A stretch of 63,951 bases of DNA, the filler included, from Dimargaris cristalligena (lineage: Eukaryota), in NCBI GenBank assembly GCA_003614675.1. It is 3 parts of 3 records of this genome, joined end to end, with 100 filler letters (N's around TTAATTAATTAA, not from the genome) between each part and the next. Parts side by side here need not be neighbours in the genome. Positions count along the whole stretch, not along the records: positions 46,152 to 63,951 come from ML002788.1; 2 more parts are not named here. One strand, given 5' to 3'. Below are positions 50,080 to 63,695 of this stretch, one piece after another (the stretch's first letter is position 1; each line of letters opens with the position of its first letter). The translations under genes and the position numbers were made by a program. The notes beneath the pieces were generated by a model. The model was not told the origin of the DNA, did no database searches, and worked only from the letters and a program-made list of their open reading frames with translations.

Positions 50080-51061
50080 TATTGGTAAATGGGCTTTTCT
50101 TACTTCCTACTCTTTACACACACTCTTTCTCTTACCCCCTCGCTTCTCCCTTGCCTTTAGAATAATCCCACTTGCAGCTTCGGACCATAGCTAACATTGG
50201 CCAATCCCATTGAACTCCTTCTGTTATGACGCTCCAGTGTCTCCACCCCCCCCTTCCCCTATCCCTCCTAAAAAGAGGTATCATGTCGGCGGTATCCACT
50301 CTTTCCTGCAACACCCTCCCCATACACTTGATTCGGTCACTCATTCTCACTCATTTCTGCCCCAGGCTTACATTTATATTTCAAATTTTCGTTGGCACCT
50401 TCACTTAAGGTCCAATCCATTTTATTATTATAAACCCATTCATATAAAATATTTTGTGTCAATCGTAGGCAATAATCCTAGTAATGCCTGAAATGCCTAT
50501 GCCCAGATTAACAGGTTATACACAAGCCAATTATGTGAAAGGCGCTTTTTAGATAAAGAGGGTATTAGCTAATCGCTAATCAATTAAAGAATAAATATAT
50601 GAATTGGCTCGGCTTTATATAGCCGAGCAGACTGAAGAAATAAATATTGAATCAGCGCAGAGCATGCTGGAAGACGCTACTGGACAGTAGGATATAGAGG
50701 GTGAAAATGACCAAGGTGTAATAATGAAAATGTGTTATAGAATATACAAATCAAGCGGTGGAAATGACTTATAGGAAGGTGATGATTATTCAGTGATGGA
50801 ATTTCCGCGTTCCATTAATTATTATGCACAATAGTAGCAAGTCCATATAAAGTATACAATGTCCGTTGAAGAGCGGATATACCTGAGAGTGTATGACCCC
50901 AGTTTGTTACATGATTTATTAAAGTAGTTCGAAAACAACAGCCCTTTTCAAAAACAGTACATATATATATATATATATATATATGCATATGTACGCACCC
51001 GTATACCGTTAACTTACTTTACTGGTCATAATCTACCACGTAACCAAGTATAAATATTGAT

Positions 51062-52781
51062 TCAACCCGATTCGGATATGGCTAGTGGTGCACTATCAGT
51101 TTCAATTTCACTGAGGGACCGCTTCCGCCCTGATACATCCGACGGCGGCGAAAACTGGCTAGTCGTTACTAGTAGTGGCTCCTTCTTGTACATCACATTG
51201 AGTCGATTACGGGCCTCGGTGGGTATTTGGAAGCGATGGTCATGTAAAAAGCGGAGGAGCAGGAACCCAGTCATGTACGCGTCAAATCCCGATGAATGCG
51301 AATCGTCCTTCTCCCGAACCGGGGAGGCGACTGGGTCGGCGGAGTTGTCCTCAGCGGACGGTTGGGGTGGTTGAGCGGATGCCGGGAATTCAATCCGCAT
51401 AGGGGTCGACGAAGGAGCCGTGGTGCTGTCCCCGTGCGTTTCGAGGGGGGAGCGGGTTTCTAGATAGAGTCGGGCGTCATGCGAATTTTCGCATTGGTTT
51501 CCTTGTTCGCAATGACCATGATCCTAAACATGGCAGAGCGTTTGGTTTACAATAGGTTAGAGAATAAAAAGGGAGGTTAGAAGAATGGTATAGCAAGAGG
51601 GTGTGTCATAATTAATCCGAAATAAGGCATGGTTATCGGACTATTTCGATAATCAAGTCCTGCATAAAAAACCTAAAGTAAACAGCTAACTGATCGTGAG
51701 TATAAAACCAAGACCAAGAATATAATAATAAAAAAGTCCAACTAACCATATATCCTTGACAGAAGACCACCTGTGGCTCCACTGAGCCATTTGATTCTGG
51801 TGGTGTGACGAGTGCTGGCTTACTAGCCAGGAGCCATTTATAGTATATGAATGAGAGAAAAGTGCGTGGCTCCCTTATAATATAGTCGGCGATATATTTT
51901 GTATCGTAAATGCCGCCGGGAAACATGCGGTCTAAATCACTCAAGAATGTGCCGAGCTGGGCAGGCAACCCGGCGTGAAAACTATGGTACAGGAACACCA
52001 GGTCAAGTAACCCGTTGTGAAGGCCTAGGACCGCCGTACGGTTACTCGCGAGGGCCGTCAAAATCGAGCGGACTAGGGGATTACCCGTCGGATCAATAGC
52101 GGACTTAATAGCCCGTTGGGATTTCTTGGTGCTGGTAGGGAAGGTGGTATTTTTATGCCCATTTTTGGATTTCTTAGACTTCTTCGATTGCTGCTGTGAT
52201 GATACTTGGTAAACGTGGTCACCGGGGTAATAGGGAATGCCGTATTGGAATAGATATCCCAGATCCATTCCGTGATCCCGGAGGAAGCAGAGGGACAGTG
52301 GATCGACGATAAACGAGTCTGCGCGGTACAAGAACAGCGTATAGTTTTGGACGTCATAGCACAAGTCGGCGGGCTTCGCCATAGGTTCGTCGGCATCATT
52401 CGAGTCACCATCTACCGGCGGATCGCGCCACCGTGCCAAGCCTGCGTCCACCTCCAGCGCCGCAAAGGCATTCGCTGCCGAGTCCTCAGCCGTGGGTCCG
52501 TCCGTACGCCGTTTAAAAATGCTAATACCCAGGGAAAACACCGAATGGGTCTGGGCAACATTGCGGTAGGCCCGGTAGCGTTCCTCCATGTCGGCGGCCC
52601 GGCTATTCCAATTGTGGGAGCTTAGCGACGTGTCATCCACCGTGAGTTCCGACCCGATGCGACCGAGTCCGGAAAATTCGAGATCGATGGCCACAACATC
52701 GGCGACCCGCAGGGCTCGCTTCAGTTTCGGTATCTCTTTGGTCATGTTGCGACGGTCAATGGTAGTACAATGGAATGCCAT
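51062..52781 (-). CDS. TOE1: TOE1 (CAF1-family DEDD deadenylase with CCCH finger)
   Basis: Exons 52781-51747 and 51523-51062. AIDLEFSGLG, MEERY, HNGLLDLVFLY, GIYDTKYIA and HSSGFDAYMTG; splicing rebuilds the CCCH finger C-QGYMDHGH-C-EQGNQ-C-ENS-H. Confidence 0.88.
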
Positions 52782-55700
52782 GGTGATGAACGCGACGGGG
52801 TGGAGGGGGGGAGGGGTCAAAAGGCGAGAATTCGCCGAGAATTATATTTAATGATAAAATAATCGACTGGTATACAGGCTAATGGGATTGTAAAGGGGCA
52901 AAGACGAATCAATAGATAAAATCAGATCTCGGCTAAACTACTAGCGCTGGTGTAAAAATAGTCAAAGGTATATAATTCTAGCATGTGAATGGCCGAAGAC
53001 AGCTCTTCTTAAAGTTCCCCGGTCAACTTTAACTCTAGATATTTTAGCTGTTGGTTGTGGGAGTGTGGCACATTGCATCAGTGATTCTGGTTGAGAATAC
53101 CATTGACAGGCAATAGTTGGGCTTTGGAGAATTGGTTTCCCACCGTGGGATTTATTATTGTCATGGTGTTTGGTAATATAGAAGGGATATTGCCATTTGT
53201 TATGGAGGCACTTAATGCCACAATATAATATGCCCTGATAATCTTATCAGGACTGGCTGGAGCAGTGCCAGCCCGGTAGTAAGATATATAATTCTGGGGA
53301 AAACGCACACTCGGCGGGGACGATTCTTGTCTGGTCTTCAGACAGGGACGACTAGGCAACCAGGGATCACTCAGGGATCCTTCTAACACGCGTCGGATAA
53401 GGCACTATGAATGGACTTGGGCCAAATGCTGATGAGGATGCGACAATACCGGGGGCCGGGGAAAACTAATAGCAATCTGTACTGGTGTAAAACTGCTTGC
53501 CTTTATTGAGAGAATACCCGGTGGCTATTTATATAAAACTTAGTAGAAATGAATATAATATAGCAACCTGCTGGTATTAATATAGTAATAGAATACCCAA
53601 TAGGCAGTTGTAGATACTAACTTAAGCTAACTAGAAGAGTAAATGGAATAATGAAGGCCGTCAATCCTGGCTGCTTGGAGATGCAAAGGCTAGGGATACG
53701 CTCCAGCCTTCTATAACTAAGAAATCATCCGAATATAAATATTGACTAAAGAATACTGAATAATGAATAATGCATGTTGGAAAGTGGGACCAAGCCTCTG
53801 AAGTACCCATCTTGGTGGGAAAAGGTGAAGACCAGCCTTCAGTGACGTTCTTCAACTATTCCAAAATAAAAATAGTTTGGCCAGAATATGCTCTTACGGA
53901 TTAAGCAGGCCCAGCTATAACACATTGGACTATAGTCACTTTAGATTCTATTTAGCTAGGTTGGCCAGATGCCCCCCAGTCGAATTACACTTTATAGAGT
54001 AACCGTACAGCAGGGAACGGACTGTATCACTTACCCCTGAATTAGGCCCAATTAGGTGTCTGGTAAGCCCCTGGCCTAATTAGAAAATATCGCTAGAACC
54101 TGATATACTATAAACGCCACTTAAGGGTATTATCTGAGCATGTTTTGAAACATGGAGACAAAGAACCAGGCTACCCAACCAGCCATCTAGCAATAAAATT
54201 CGCCTAGAGCTCTGATGATTTTAAACAACCGGTAATATATAGTTTAGCAATAATCAGTTCGCCTCTAGATATCCCCCAGTTTTCAGTCGGATAATATATA
54301 AAGTGTTGGGACTATTCTGGGCTTCTGTCCTTAAAACCGGTTGACGTGGATTCCCCCTCTCCTATATCCGTCCTCCATGAGCTTCCAAATCCGTACGAAG
54401 CTCCACGTGCATCATAGCCATTCGTCACCCTTCCCCTTTCCCCTGGTGGTGCACTTTGGGAGCCAGGGGAGGTGGCTGTCATCGGCATCATATATAGCAA
54501 AGTAATTGCATTTCAGGTCGTATGGCCAGTAATCATTGGGTGGTCCATCCCTATGCCTAATTTATGGACCTACTTTGACATCCTTCGCCTCCCCTGGCAC
54601 TCCCCCTTCCACTAATTAATATGCAGTAAAATTAATTTAAACGCTGATCCGACCCTTGGTAGAGAAAAGGGCCATTACTTCAATGTTGCTAGTCAACAAG
54701 ACGATATAGTATGTCCCCGTTTTACCCCCCCCTCCCGGTTTACCGAAACTACAAATCTATTGAAAGGGCAGATAGCAGACAGCCTATCAAAACAGTATAG
54801 GTTCTCATTGTGGAAATCCCACTAAATCCAACATTTACAAAGGTTAACCGGAAAGCACTATAAGGGACTAGGAAGAGGGGAGGTGCTGTGCGAGCTAATC
54901 CACCAAACTGGTAAGTCCCCCGAGTAGGCATGCCAAGCAAAGGAGGCGTTCGCTGGGTGGGGGTACAGAGTAGCCTACCAAAATTCACATTAGCCCCGTC
55001 GGTACAGAAATACCTTAATTCGGCCGAAGTACCACAATTGGCGGCCGAGAGAACACCTCTGGTCATAGTGTTCACCTCCGCACCAGATAATAGAAGTATG
55101 TAATAAATGGGGAAGGGAGGCGAGGGGTGGGTGGGTACAGGAGAGAGGCATTATGCCAAGTAGACCGGGGTGGTTATGGACCATTTAGGTGGTCTCGCTT
55201 TCTGGAAACTAGCCAACTTGGTATTCACCCTGTGCTACACCGTCTCCTCCGTATAAACTTTATCCGGTACATCTTTTACGGCTTATTCTATGGTTTCGTA
55301 CGACCCAAATTACAATCGACCGCATGCAACTCAACCTTCCCACTTCCTCCTCTCGATGCTCTTGATGCGACTAGCCGATACTTCCGTATGCTATTGAAGC
55401 GGTAGATAATTTAACCGTTTTATCCCAACTGACCTTTATAAGATCCAGGCTAGTCACTGAAAATAAACCCCAATTTTGTCAGTATAATAGTCTTGGGCAC
55501 GGTGGATACGCGTGGGTTGTATTTCTCTTATTGTTGCTCTATAAGATGAAGGAAAACAATACGCGAATGCGAACTTTTGACATTTGACATTCACGATAGA
55601 CATTAACGAGTATCAGTCACACCCACCGAGTAGCAGCAGCAGTCGCCTTCACTTTGGTATGAATGAGGACGGGAGGGAGAGAAGCCTTCTTCCCTTTGCT

Positions 55701-58222
55701 TTCCTTCGTGTACTTGGTCTAATTCACAGCTTCCGTTTGAATCGGCCGGAGGAAATCCTATTTTCGGTTGAGATATATCCTGCCCCTTGGAGCTCTTGTT
55801 CACGCCCCTTATTCTATAATATGACTGTTATATGGCTCCCATTGTTTGGGGTTCTATTTTAGCGTGCCCCTGGCGATGATTCCCACATTCCAATAGCCGC
55901 TTTTATATATATATATTTTCAAATTATTTAATAATAGTATTAAACAATCACCCGATAGCCCCTAGAGGCCGTCCCTGGTAAGTATCTAGGTCACTGATTT
56001 GGGCATCGGGGGTTTGGTGAGTGCCCTGGGCAAGTGCCCGGATTTACTTTAACGCGATTTATACCAAGCGATATGTCACCTCGCCATCACCCCTCCCCGC
56101 TCACTGCGCTGGGAAGAGATTTCATTTTAATCATAGTTTAAAGCCTACGGATATGATGAAAATATAGGCAAGAGCAGCCGGCATTGGGGGCTAGTAGAAC
56201 CGGAACTGTTTTACAAGAAGAGGCCAATGACGTCGGTCGGATAGACTAGGTCATATATATTCCCAATCATCAGTATTGGACACCAGTATAGTATTTGCCA
56301 ATTGAATGTCCGGATTATACGGGGGTGTAACCTGGAGCAAGAGGGGGAGGCCTATTGGAGTGTTAGCCGAAACTAAAACCGAAGTAATGATTTGAACCAA
56401 TGGTACATGCGATTCTATCGATTCCAATCATACGGGCAAAGGGAATACGGCAGCGGGTAGTCGAGAAACAATAAGAGAGGACGGGGAGGGGGGGGATATG
56501 TGGAGAATCAAAAGGCCTAGAGCGAATGGGGGGAGGGAAGGGTAGGGGGCGGCAGGCCTACTTTTACTCATCAAGCCGGACTGTGCGTCGTTCGGGTGGG
56601 ACAACGGGGTTACATGGGGCACACCTTTGTGCGAAGACCTCTTCCTGTTATCCATTAGTTTAGTCTATGAGGTATAGATGTACAGGGTACATTACAATCG
56701 GAAAGAAGGGGTGACGGCGCATATCTATCCGTCAACCCATTTACTATTTTACATATATATATATTTCGCTTTTCTGTTATTTTCGTTTGGAGGTGCCAAA
56801 CGGCCAGTTGCAGGAAAACTGTGGGGATGGGGAGGAGATGCCATGCGATCCTCCTTGCATAGCATAGTGTATTCAGATGGGGTATGGCCCTCAATGTATC
56901 CCAGTGTTCGCGCGCGAGAGAGAGACGGAGTGAGAGAGTATGTGTGTGTGTGAAAAAGTGGGAGATAGTCATGGCGTGGACAGTGGAATGCAGGCCGCCA
57001 TATAGTCGGTCGAAGGTGAAGGGAGGGGGAGTCAAGGGCAATGACAGGCATGTCAATTGCCCTCGGCCACGAGTTGTATAATTGCCCCAAGGGTGGGGAA
57101 GGTGAGTGAGGGGGAAGGAGACTGCTGTAATGGGCGCAACCGGCTACGGCCTATTTTGGTGGGAAGGGGGTGTGATAATAAATATCGACCTGTACTCAGT
57201 GGGGGGCATTGCACCCCCCTCCCTCCTTCTCTTCCCGACCGGACAATGGTAATGGTATGGCGGGTGGCCGATGGACAACAGCCTGCAGCGGATAAAGTCA
57301 CGCTTGGTTGCCATGCCTATTTCCCATAGACATGCGGCAATAATAAGCCCACTGTGCCCACGCGGCCGCTGCTTGCGGTTGCAGAAAACCGTGAAATAGG
57401 GTCATGTGTCATGCTAGTTGGAACTCAAGAAATGCCGAAGCGGAAGGGACAGTGGTGCTTGCCTCCAGGCAGGGAAAAGGGGGGTAGTAGAAAAGAGAGA
57501 CCGAAAGGGGCTTGGTCGGTGGGCGGGATCAAGGAAAAAGGTACAGGGAGGCGGATCTGAGAACACGGGGTCCCTGATTAAACGATGCTCTTGGAATAAT
57601 TGTTGGTAGACGGAGCGAAAAGTCTGCTTAAGTCCAGGGCGGAGAACGGGGAGAATAAGCAGGGCAGGGGGGGGAATGACAAAGGGAAGGGGGGTGACCC
57701 AGTACGAAGGAAATGCAGATGCGCAAGGGAGATGCCGTGCTATTTTTGAATAATACTATTCAGCGAAGTCGACGACGAAAATCAGAAATGGAGAAGCCAC
57801 GACGGCTACTTACGACCTGTTTTTTTAATATATATTTATCATTAATCGCCCTGCTCTTTAATATAATATATAATATAATTGAGGAGCTTTAATTAGGACT
57901 TGGCCACCTGTGTCCCTATTTTAACGGATGGTATATATTTAGAGCGGGAGAGCGGGCGGGGGAGCCGTGTGTCACCCGCGTAGACGCGCCCCCTCGTATT
58001 GTTCTATATTATGAAGCGACCTTTGCCCCTTAGAACTTCCTATTGTAAATATAGCGTATATGAATGGAAAAAGCTCCAAAACCCACTCCCCTGGCCCTCT
58101 CTCCCCAGCACACACCCATATACTTACTATACTCCCCTCCTCCACACTCCCCCTTCAGTGAACCTCCTTTGGGCTGTACTACCCCGTCGTTATAAAAATA
58201 TCATCAGCGGCCTTTCGCTTCA

Positions 58223-58231
58223 TATATAAAA
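58223..58231 (+). promoter_or_regulatory. Candidate TATA box
   Basis: TATATAAAA about 460 nt upstream of the ATG at 58691, followed by a pyrimidine-rich leader. Confidence 0.35.
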
Positions 58232-58690
58232 GCCGCACCCCCTCTCCGCCCTCCAAAAAGGCAACCCTATCTCCCCCGTTGATGAGAAGTTCGTTAATGT
58301 TCCCTATTGCACACCCCATCCCGCCTACCTTATCCTTGGTCTACTTTGTTTCCTATTACATTGTTCGTCTCCCATTGTTTGGCCCACTTTCCTTTCTTCC
58401 CCCCTTTGGCCATTCCCACACTCTATCCCCATACCGTTGTCATCTTGGCAGAATACGTTGATTATTTATAAATACTCACGCCCCGCCCACCTCCCGCTTT
58501 TTATTCGTTCCCCATTTTTCGTTTCATCGCCTCAGTCCTAGAGTAGCTTCCCATACATCATTTATTAACTTATTTTTCAACTTGTACTAGAGAGAGAAAT
58601 ATATATATATATATATATATATAAGGACGAATCCGCCCTAATAGCACCTACCCCTTTGCCCTCTCGTTTCTCTTTTAACCACCGCCCACT

Positions 58691-59209
58691 ATGATTGCCC
58701 AATACCCCTCGCCTGTCCATACCACCAAGAAGCCCCACTTTATCTCGCGCTTTTTGACCAAGCGGTTACAGTCTAAGCGCAGCGCTTCTGACCTCCTGGC
58801 CCAGATTCCGGGTCCTATGGAGTCTCGTCCCTCATATGCCACCGACGCCGTCACTCTATCTCATTCGGCTTCGACTGCTTCGCTGCCCTATTCTTCCGGC
58901 TCGGTGCGCTCCCGGGGCGGTGCCAACCACCGCCAGCACGACTCTCCCCATGGCCATAGTAGCCACCAGTCGGCCCACCCTCGTACCCCCGGCCACTCCT
59001 TCTCCCTGCCCCGCCGGTTCCATGCCAGCCCTTCGTATAACAAGGACCCCGCCGTAGTCTTTACCCCCAGCAAACAGATTTCGCGGGCCGGTAGTCCTAT
59101 GCTCACCCCCGTGGACGAATTCGCCCGGATTTCGTTTGACGACCTTATCGATAGCCGGGGCCAGGATGTCACCATCAAGTTCACCCTGACTCCTAATGTG
59201 GCGAAATAA
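58691..59209 (+). CDS. Small Ser/His-rich protein of unknown function
   Basis: Codon bias like the neighbouring genes; ends in FDDLI.S...TIKFTLTP, which resembles a C-terminal motif I recall from uncharacterised fungal proteins. Confidence 0.65.
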   Translation: MIAQYPSPVHTTKKPHFISRFLTKRLQSKRSASDLLAQIPGPMESRPSYATDAVTLSHSASTASLPYSSGSVRSRGGANHRQHDSPHGHSSHQSAHPRTPGHSFSLPRRFHASPSYNKDPAVVFTPSKQISRAGSPMLTPVDEFARISFDDLIDSRGQDVTIKFTLTPNVAK

Positions 59210-62200
59210 GCTAGACGGAGCCCCCCCCTATCTCCTCCTTACAACACCCGCTGTACTGCTGCCCAGGCGCTCCAGAAATACAGTGGCTTCAACCAGTTTG
59301 GCCCCGAACATTGTTAAGTAGTGGTGCTGGCTAGTCGGCCGGTCCTTTGGGACTCTTTGAAGCGGCAGCCGACTCTCAGTCCATCCTAATGCCGTGGCTT
59401 CGTTTTCCGGCTCTTCTCTCGCTCTCTTTCTTTCTGTTTTGTTTTGCTGTCAGCCACCCCTGCCTTTAAGTTTAGTTTCCGATTCCTCTGTCCATGCGCA
59501 GGCAATGGCTCCGCAATGCCGTGGATGACGCCCCCCCCTCTCTCACTCCCCACTGCGCTTTGACAGCCCGCCACCGAGCCCACAGTTCTGGGTCGATCCC
59601 ACCACAATGGGCCGGCTTCTTTATGATCATATCGGGAGCGTTCCAGTGTTGGGGCCTTTTAACACAGTTGGACCCATCGCTCCGCTTGGGAAGGTTAATC
59701 GTTTTTCTTGCCCACACACATACACATACACACACACATACGCGTGTGCGTATGTCATCATTTTCGGTGCCATCTGTCTCACCAGGCCATTCCGGCGGAT
59801 TTCACGACGGGTATTTCCTTCGTGGTGTTCCAATGACCTTCGAATCAAACCAAACTGAACCGAATACACCCGACTTCCCTCTCTCCAACTTCACAATTGG
59901 ATGTCGAGGCCTTCCATTGGCAGCCTTCACCATCGCGTCACTTGCATCTGGTCCCGCTATGATCAACTTCCACCATTCGTTATCCGAATTCTTCCTCCTC
60001 CTACTTCTTCTCCTTTTCCTCGCATTTCTCTCATGTTCGGTTCCTCCTACCCTCCTCGCATCACGCTCAATTCATTAGTTATTCGTTTCCCTACTCTTCG
60101 ATATTTTACCCTCTAAGAACCCACACGCACACATTGACTCTTCCTACTTCCACTGTTTCCATCCATTTGTTTTTTTTTTTGGTTCCCTGATGACCTTTGT
60201 AAATTATAAGCTCGAATTCATTCGCCATTATCTCTATTTATTTTTATCCCTTTCAATCAATATGTTACCGCGTCGCTCGATTCTATTTTATTACACTTTA
60301 CCTATACCTTTCCAAGACTACTCTGCATCACCCAATACTACTTTAGTTTATTTTTATATATATATATACATATAGATAGATGCGCCTCTTGTTCCGTCTT
60401 GTTACTTTATATTGATCCTCATAGTTATTTCCTATCTCCGACATTATGCTTATTTACTTTGAGATCTTGTAAACGGGTTTGTTTGTATTTTTGTCTGTTC
60501 CACCAATAAACTAGAAAGAAGACTCCCAACTAATCCTTATTTATTTTTTATGGAGCTAAATTGAGGGCAATCTACGGTGTGGGGTGAGCAGAGAGGGAGT
60601 CCACCCACACCCCACCAAGTTATCGTCGACATTTGGGACGATTCTCTGACTACTTTTTGGGGGCTCACAGTTTCCACATGGAGAATTGACGTTCAGCCAT
60701 GCTGAGTAGCACTGTGACGCCGGATTTACCTGAACTTTGGGTGCCCTACCCTATTCAGGTCCGAGTTCCACACGATCTGCTCTCTGATCCACGCTATAAT
60801 GATTGACTTGCCATTTCCCATTTCCAATAGGTATTTGTTTTCCTCTTGCATTGAATATATATATATAAGCTCCCCCACCGAAGATCTGTAGAAAATCCGA
60901 ATTTCACTCCGTTGTTCAGACGGATACGGAAATGGTCGGAGCGGTGCTGGGGAGAGTAATAGTGGAGGGGAGGGAGTGGTCAACGTTACTGGCTCATCAA
61001 GTCGAGGAGTTATACCCCCTCTCCTTTCAACCATCCAGCATCGAATCCCCCCGGGAGGAAATCCGCTTAACTGTTTAGTTCTACAAAGGTCAGTCTTCTC
61101 CAATTCCGAGTATCCTGGTATTAATAGTCGACTGTACAGAGGAGGAGAGGGGGGCGAAGGACATGCTGCATGATGTAATAATAGTATAACCCATATGGCT
61201 CCAATAATAGGGTCTCCTCCCACATTGCTGAAGACCACGCTCCAAACTCGTTGATCAATAGTATATAGCATCCCCCCCATTCATTTCTCCCAGGTGTATA
61301 TCATCATTGGCCCACACATACCCTCCTTCCACTAGGTCTGCCTCCGTTTCCGTGTTGGGTCACTGAGAGACCCCTTGGAATCGTTGTTGAAAAATATATC
61401 TATTTTTTTTTACGTAACTGTGCTTTCTGGCGTATGTATTATACTACCATTCGGGACTGGTCAGAAGCGAAGGCTTCCAAATGCGAGTACATTCCACTCA
61501 ATTCTAGGGGCCCCCATTCTCCCCCTCCTTCCCCCGCGTCACTGTGGAGCTTGACAATAATTACATATAGTAACTGCCAACAAAAAAAAAGGCTGGATAG
61601 TAATATGTAACCCCATATCCCGCTTCTCTGTACAAACGGCTAGTCCAGGAGGACCGGTTAGTCAACGCAACGTAAATGTATTGTAGTGGCGCGTGTACTA
61701 GATATTTAGAATCCATCGTTCAAATTGCCGGGGATAGTATGGAGTGGCGAAGAAAAGCCGTTCGTGTAGGTTTGTCACATACCCCCCTTCAACCCATGAC
61801 CAGCACAGCTCGCTTGGGAGTTTGTCAGGGGCTTCCTTGATACCCATCAGTATATGGTGCTTTTTAGGTTAAAAAGGCTTGACGTGCAACAAATAGCGCG
61901 TCCGGTTTTAGAAGCCCGGTGCCCCTCTGATCGATCACCTGTTCAATGATTTGACGCGTTCTAATTTAGCAGTCCCAAAACCAACTTATTTGCCTTGGTT
62001 CGGAGTGCGCCACCAATCAACAGTTTATTGTAGTTCTATTGAATTATTGCTCGTGTGGACTAAGTAACAGGTGGCAAAGGGAGGAGGGTGGTATTGGGGT
62101 TGGGGTTGGTTACCATTTAGGAGGCCGGATTTCATCGGTTTAGTCCATTATTTATTAAAACTTTGCAGTAAAGATAGCCTATACGGTCCTCCCCCTCCCT

Positions 62201-63695
62201 TGGCAGCCAGCCATGATTTTTGATATTTTGGAGTTAAGTTTCACCAATCTAGTAGTATATTTGAGCGCAAAAACACATACCACTAACTAATAAGAGCGGC
62301 TTCATTCGCCCTTCGGGGCTGCCTAGCCGTTATTGGTAAATTATTTTGGCCGCGACTCCATTTCCCCCTTCTTTCAACCCAAAAACCGGTCTTTTCTAAC
62401 ATTCTTCGACGCGGATTTAAGGGGACTGGGACCCCCCGTATGTTTGCATACGATTGGTTTATTATCCCGGGCCTACATGTACTGCCGGGCTCCAAGGGGA
62501 GAAGAGAGGGGACCCTGAGCCCAACTAGCCTTTCAATTCTTGTAGTTCGGCGAGTCTGACAGGGTCATTTCCATTGGTATTAAAATTTTCCTTCCGTATT
62601 TTATTATATACCAAAAATAGACCAATTGGGTTTGGTAATACGCCATAAGACGGCAACATTATTTGAAGGAACACAAAAGAGGGATAGAAAGAATTGGGAG
62701 GGGGTGGGTGGGATGTAGAGTGTATTACTTTGAGAAGGATCATATGAGCGTTAGAGTAACGTCAAAGCCAGCCCGATTTAAATTGCAAATACATTTACTA
62801 GTGGCCAGCTGTATTTGAATTGAGGGCAGAGTAAATAATAATAATAATAATAATTAAATATCGCATCAAGTTGCGTTAGTTTAGCCGACTCGTTAGACGT
62901 ATCCCACCCCCTCCCATTATTCGATTGGACCAAGGGCATCCATTATCCTTTAATTTCCGCCGAGACTTCGGCCGTGGTGCGAACGTTGGTGTCCGGGATC
63001 CCGCCGAGATTCCGGCGGAGATATCGCCATTGGACTAACCGCCTGTTTCCAAGAGTTGAATAAATTAGTATTGCATTTTTAGGTTTTATTGATTATTACT
63101 TTTTCTTCTTGGTCACTGGATTTTCGAAGTTATAGGTCGGTTAAGTAAGTGAGGGGCAAACCTAATCCGCCTCTTCCCCCGGCTTTGGGCATCGGAATGT
63201 GGGGGGTACTGAGAACCGCAAACCCTGTCTGTGCATTAGGGAAATTAGCCCAGTGTCGACGAGGCCCCTTAACCGCAACTAGGTTCATCAGGCATTTCGT
63301 ATAAAAATGCTGCTGCGGGCTATGCGCAAGTCCTCGCTTTATTATTTTATTTAAATATAATTAATGAGCTTTCCTAAAGGCTTACCTAATGCAACTCATG
63401 TCACCTTGGTGTACAACTATTTCTACCTTCTTCGCCCGCCCTCATTGTACATTATTTGTGATTATACCACTGACATGATAGGCTGGAACCTAGCTTTATT
63501 TTATCCATTACCCCCCACGATAGCCTAGCCGACTAGTCATTTTAACTTATATCATTTATAATACAGCCACCACCAATCATTTAGGATTCTACTTATTTTA
63601 TTGTAGTACCCATTTATTGGTTCGGACAAGAACAACCCCTTTCGGTCAAAACACTCGGAAAGCACCTCCCCCTTCGCTACGGATCACCCGACCCC

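Noticed and set aside
51750-51757. ATATCCTT, a U12-type 5' splice-site look-alike
   Set aside because: It is on the strand opposite TOE1 and within its coding exon; all inferred introns are ordinary GT-AG.
1-52781. Apparent cluster of RNA-metabolism genes (two aaRS, Edc1-like, SNUPN, Nab2, TOE1, two tRNAs)
   Set aside because: Spread over three contig pieces and interleaved with unrelated genes; no shared regulatory element seen.
59494-60078. 194-aa ORF with a hydrophobic tail
   Set aside because: Built from CA microsatellite and pyrimidine tracts downstream of the 58691 gene; probably 3' UTR, with no coding-like bias.
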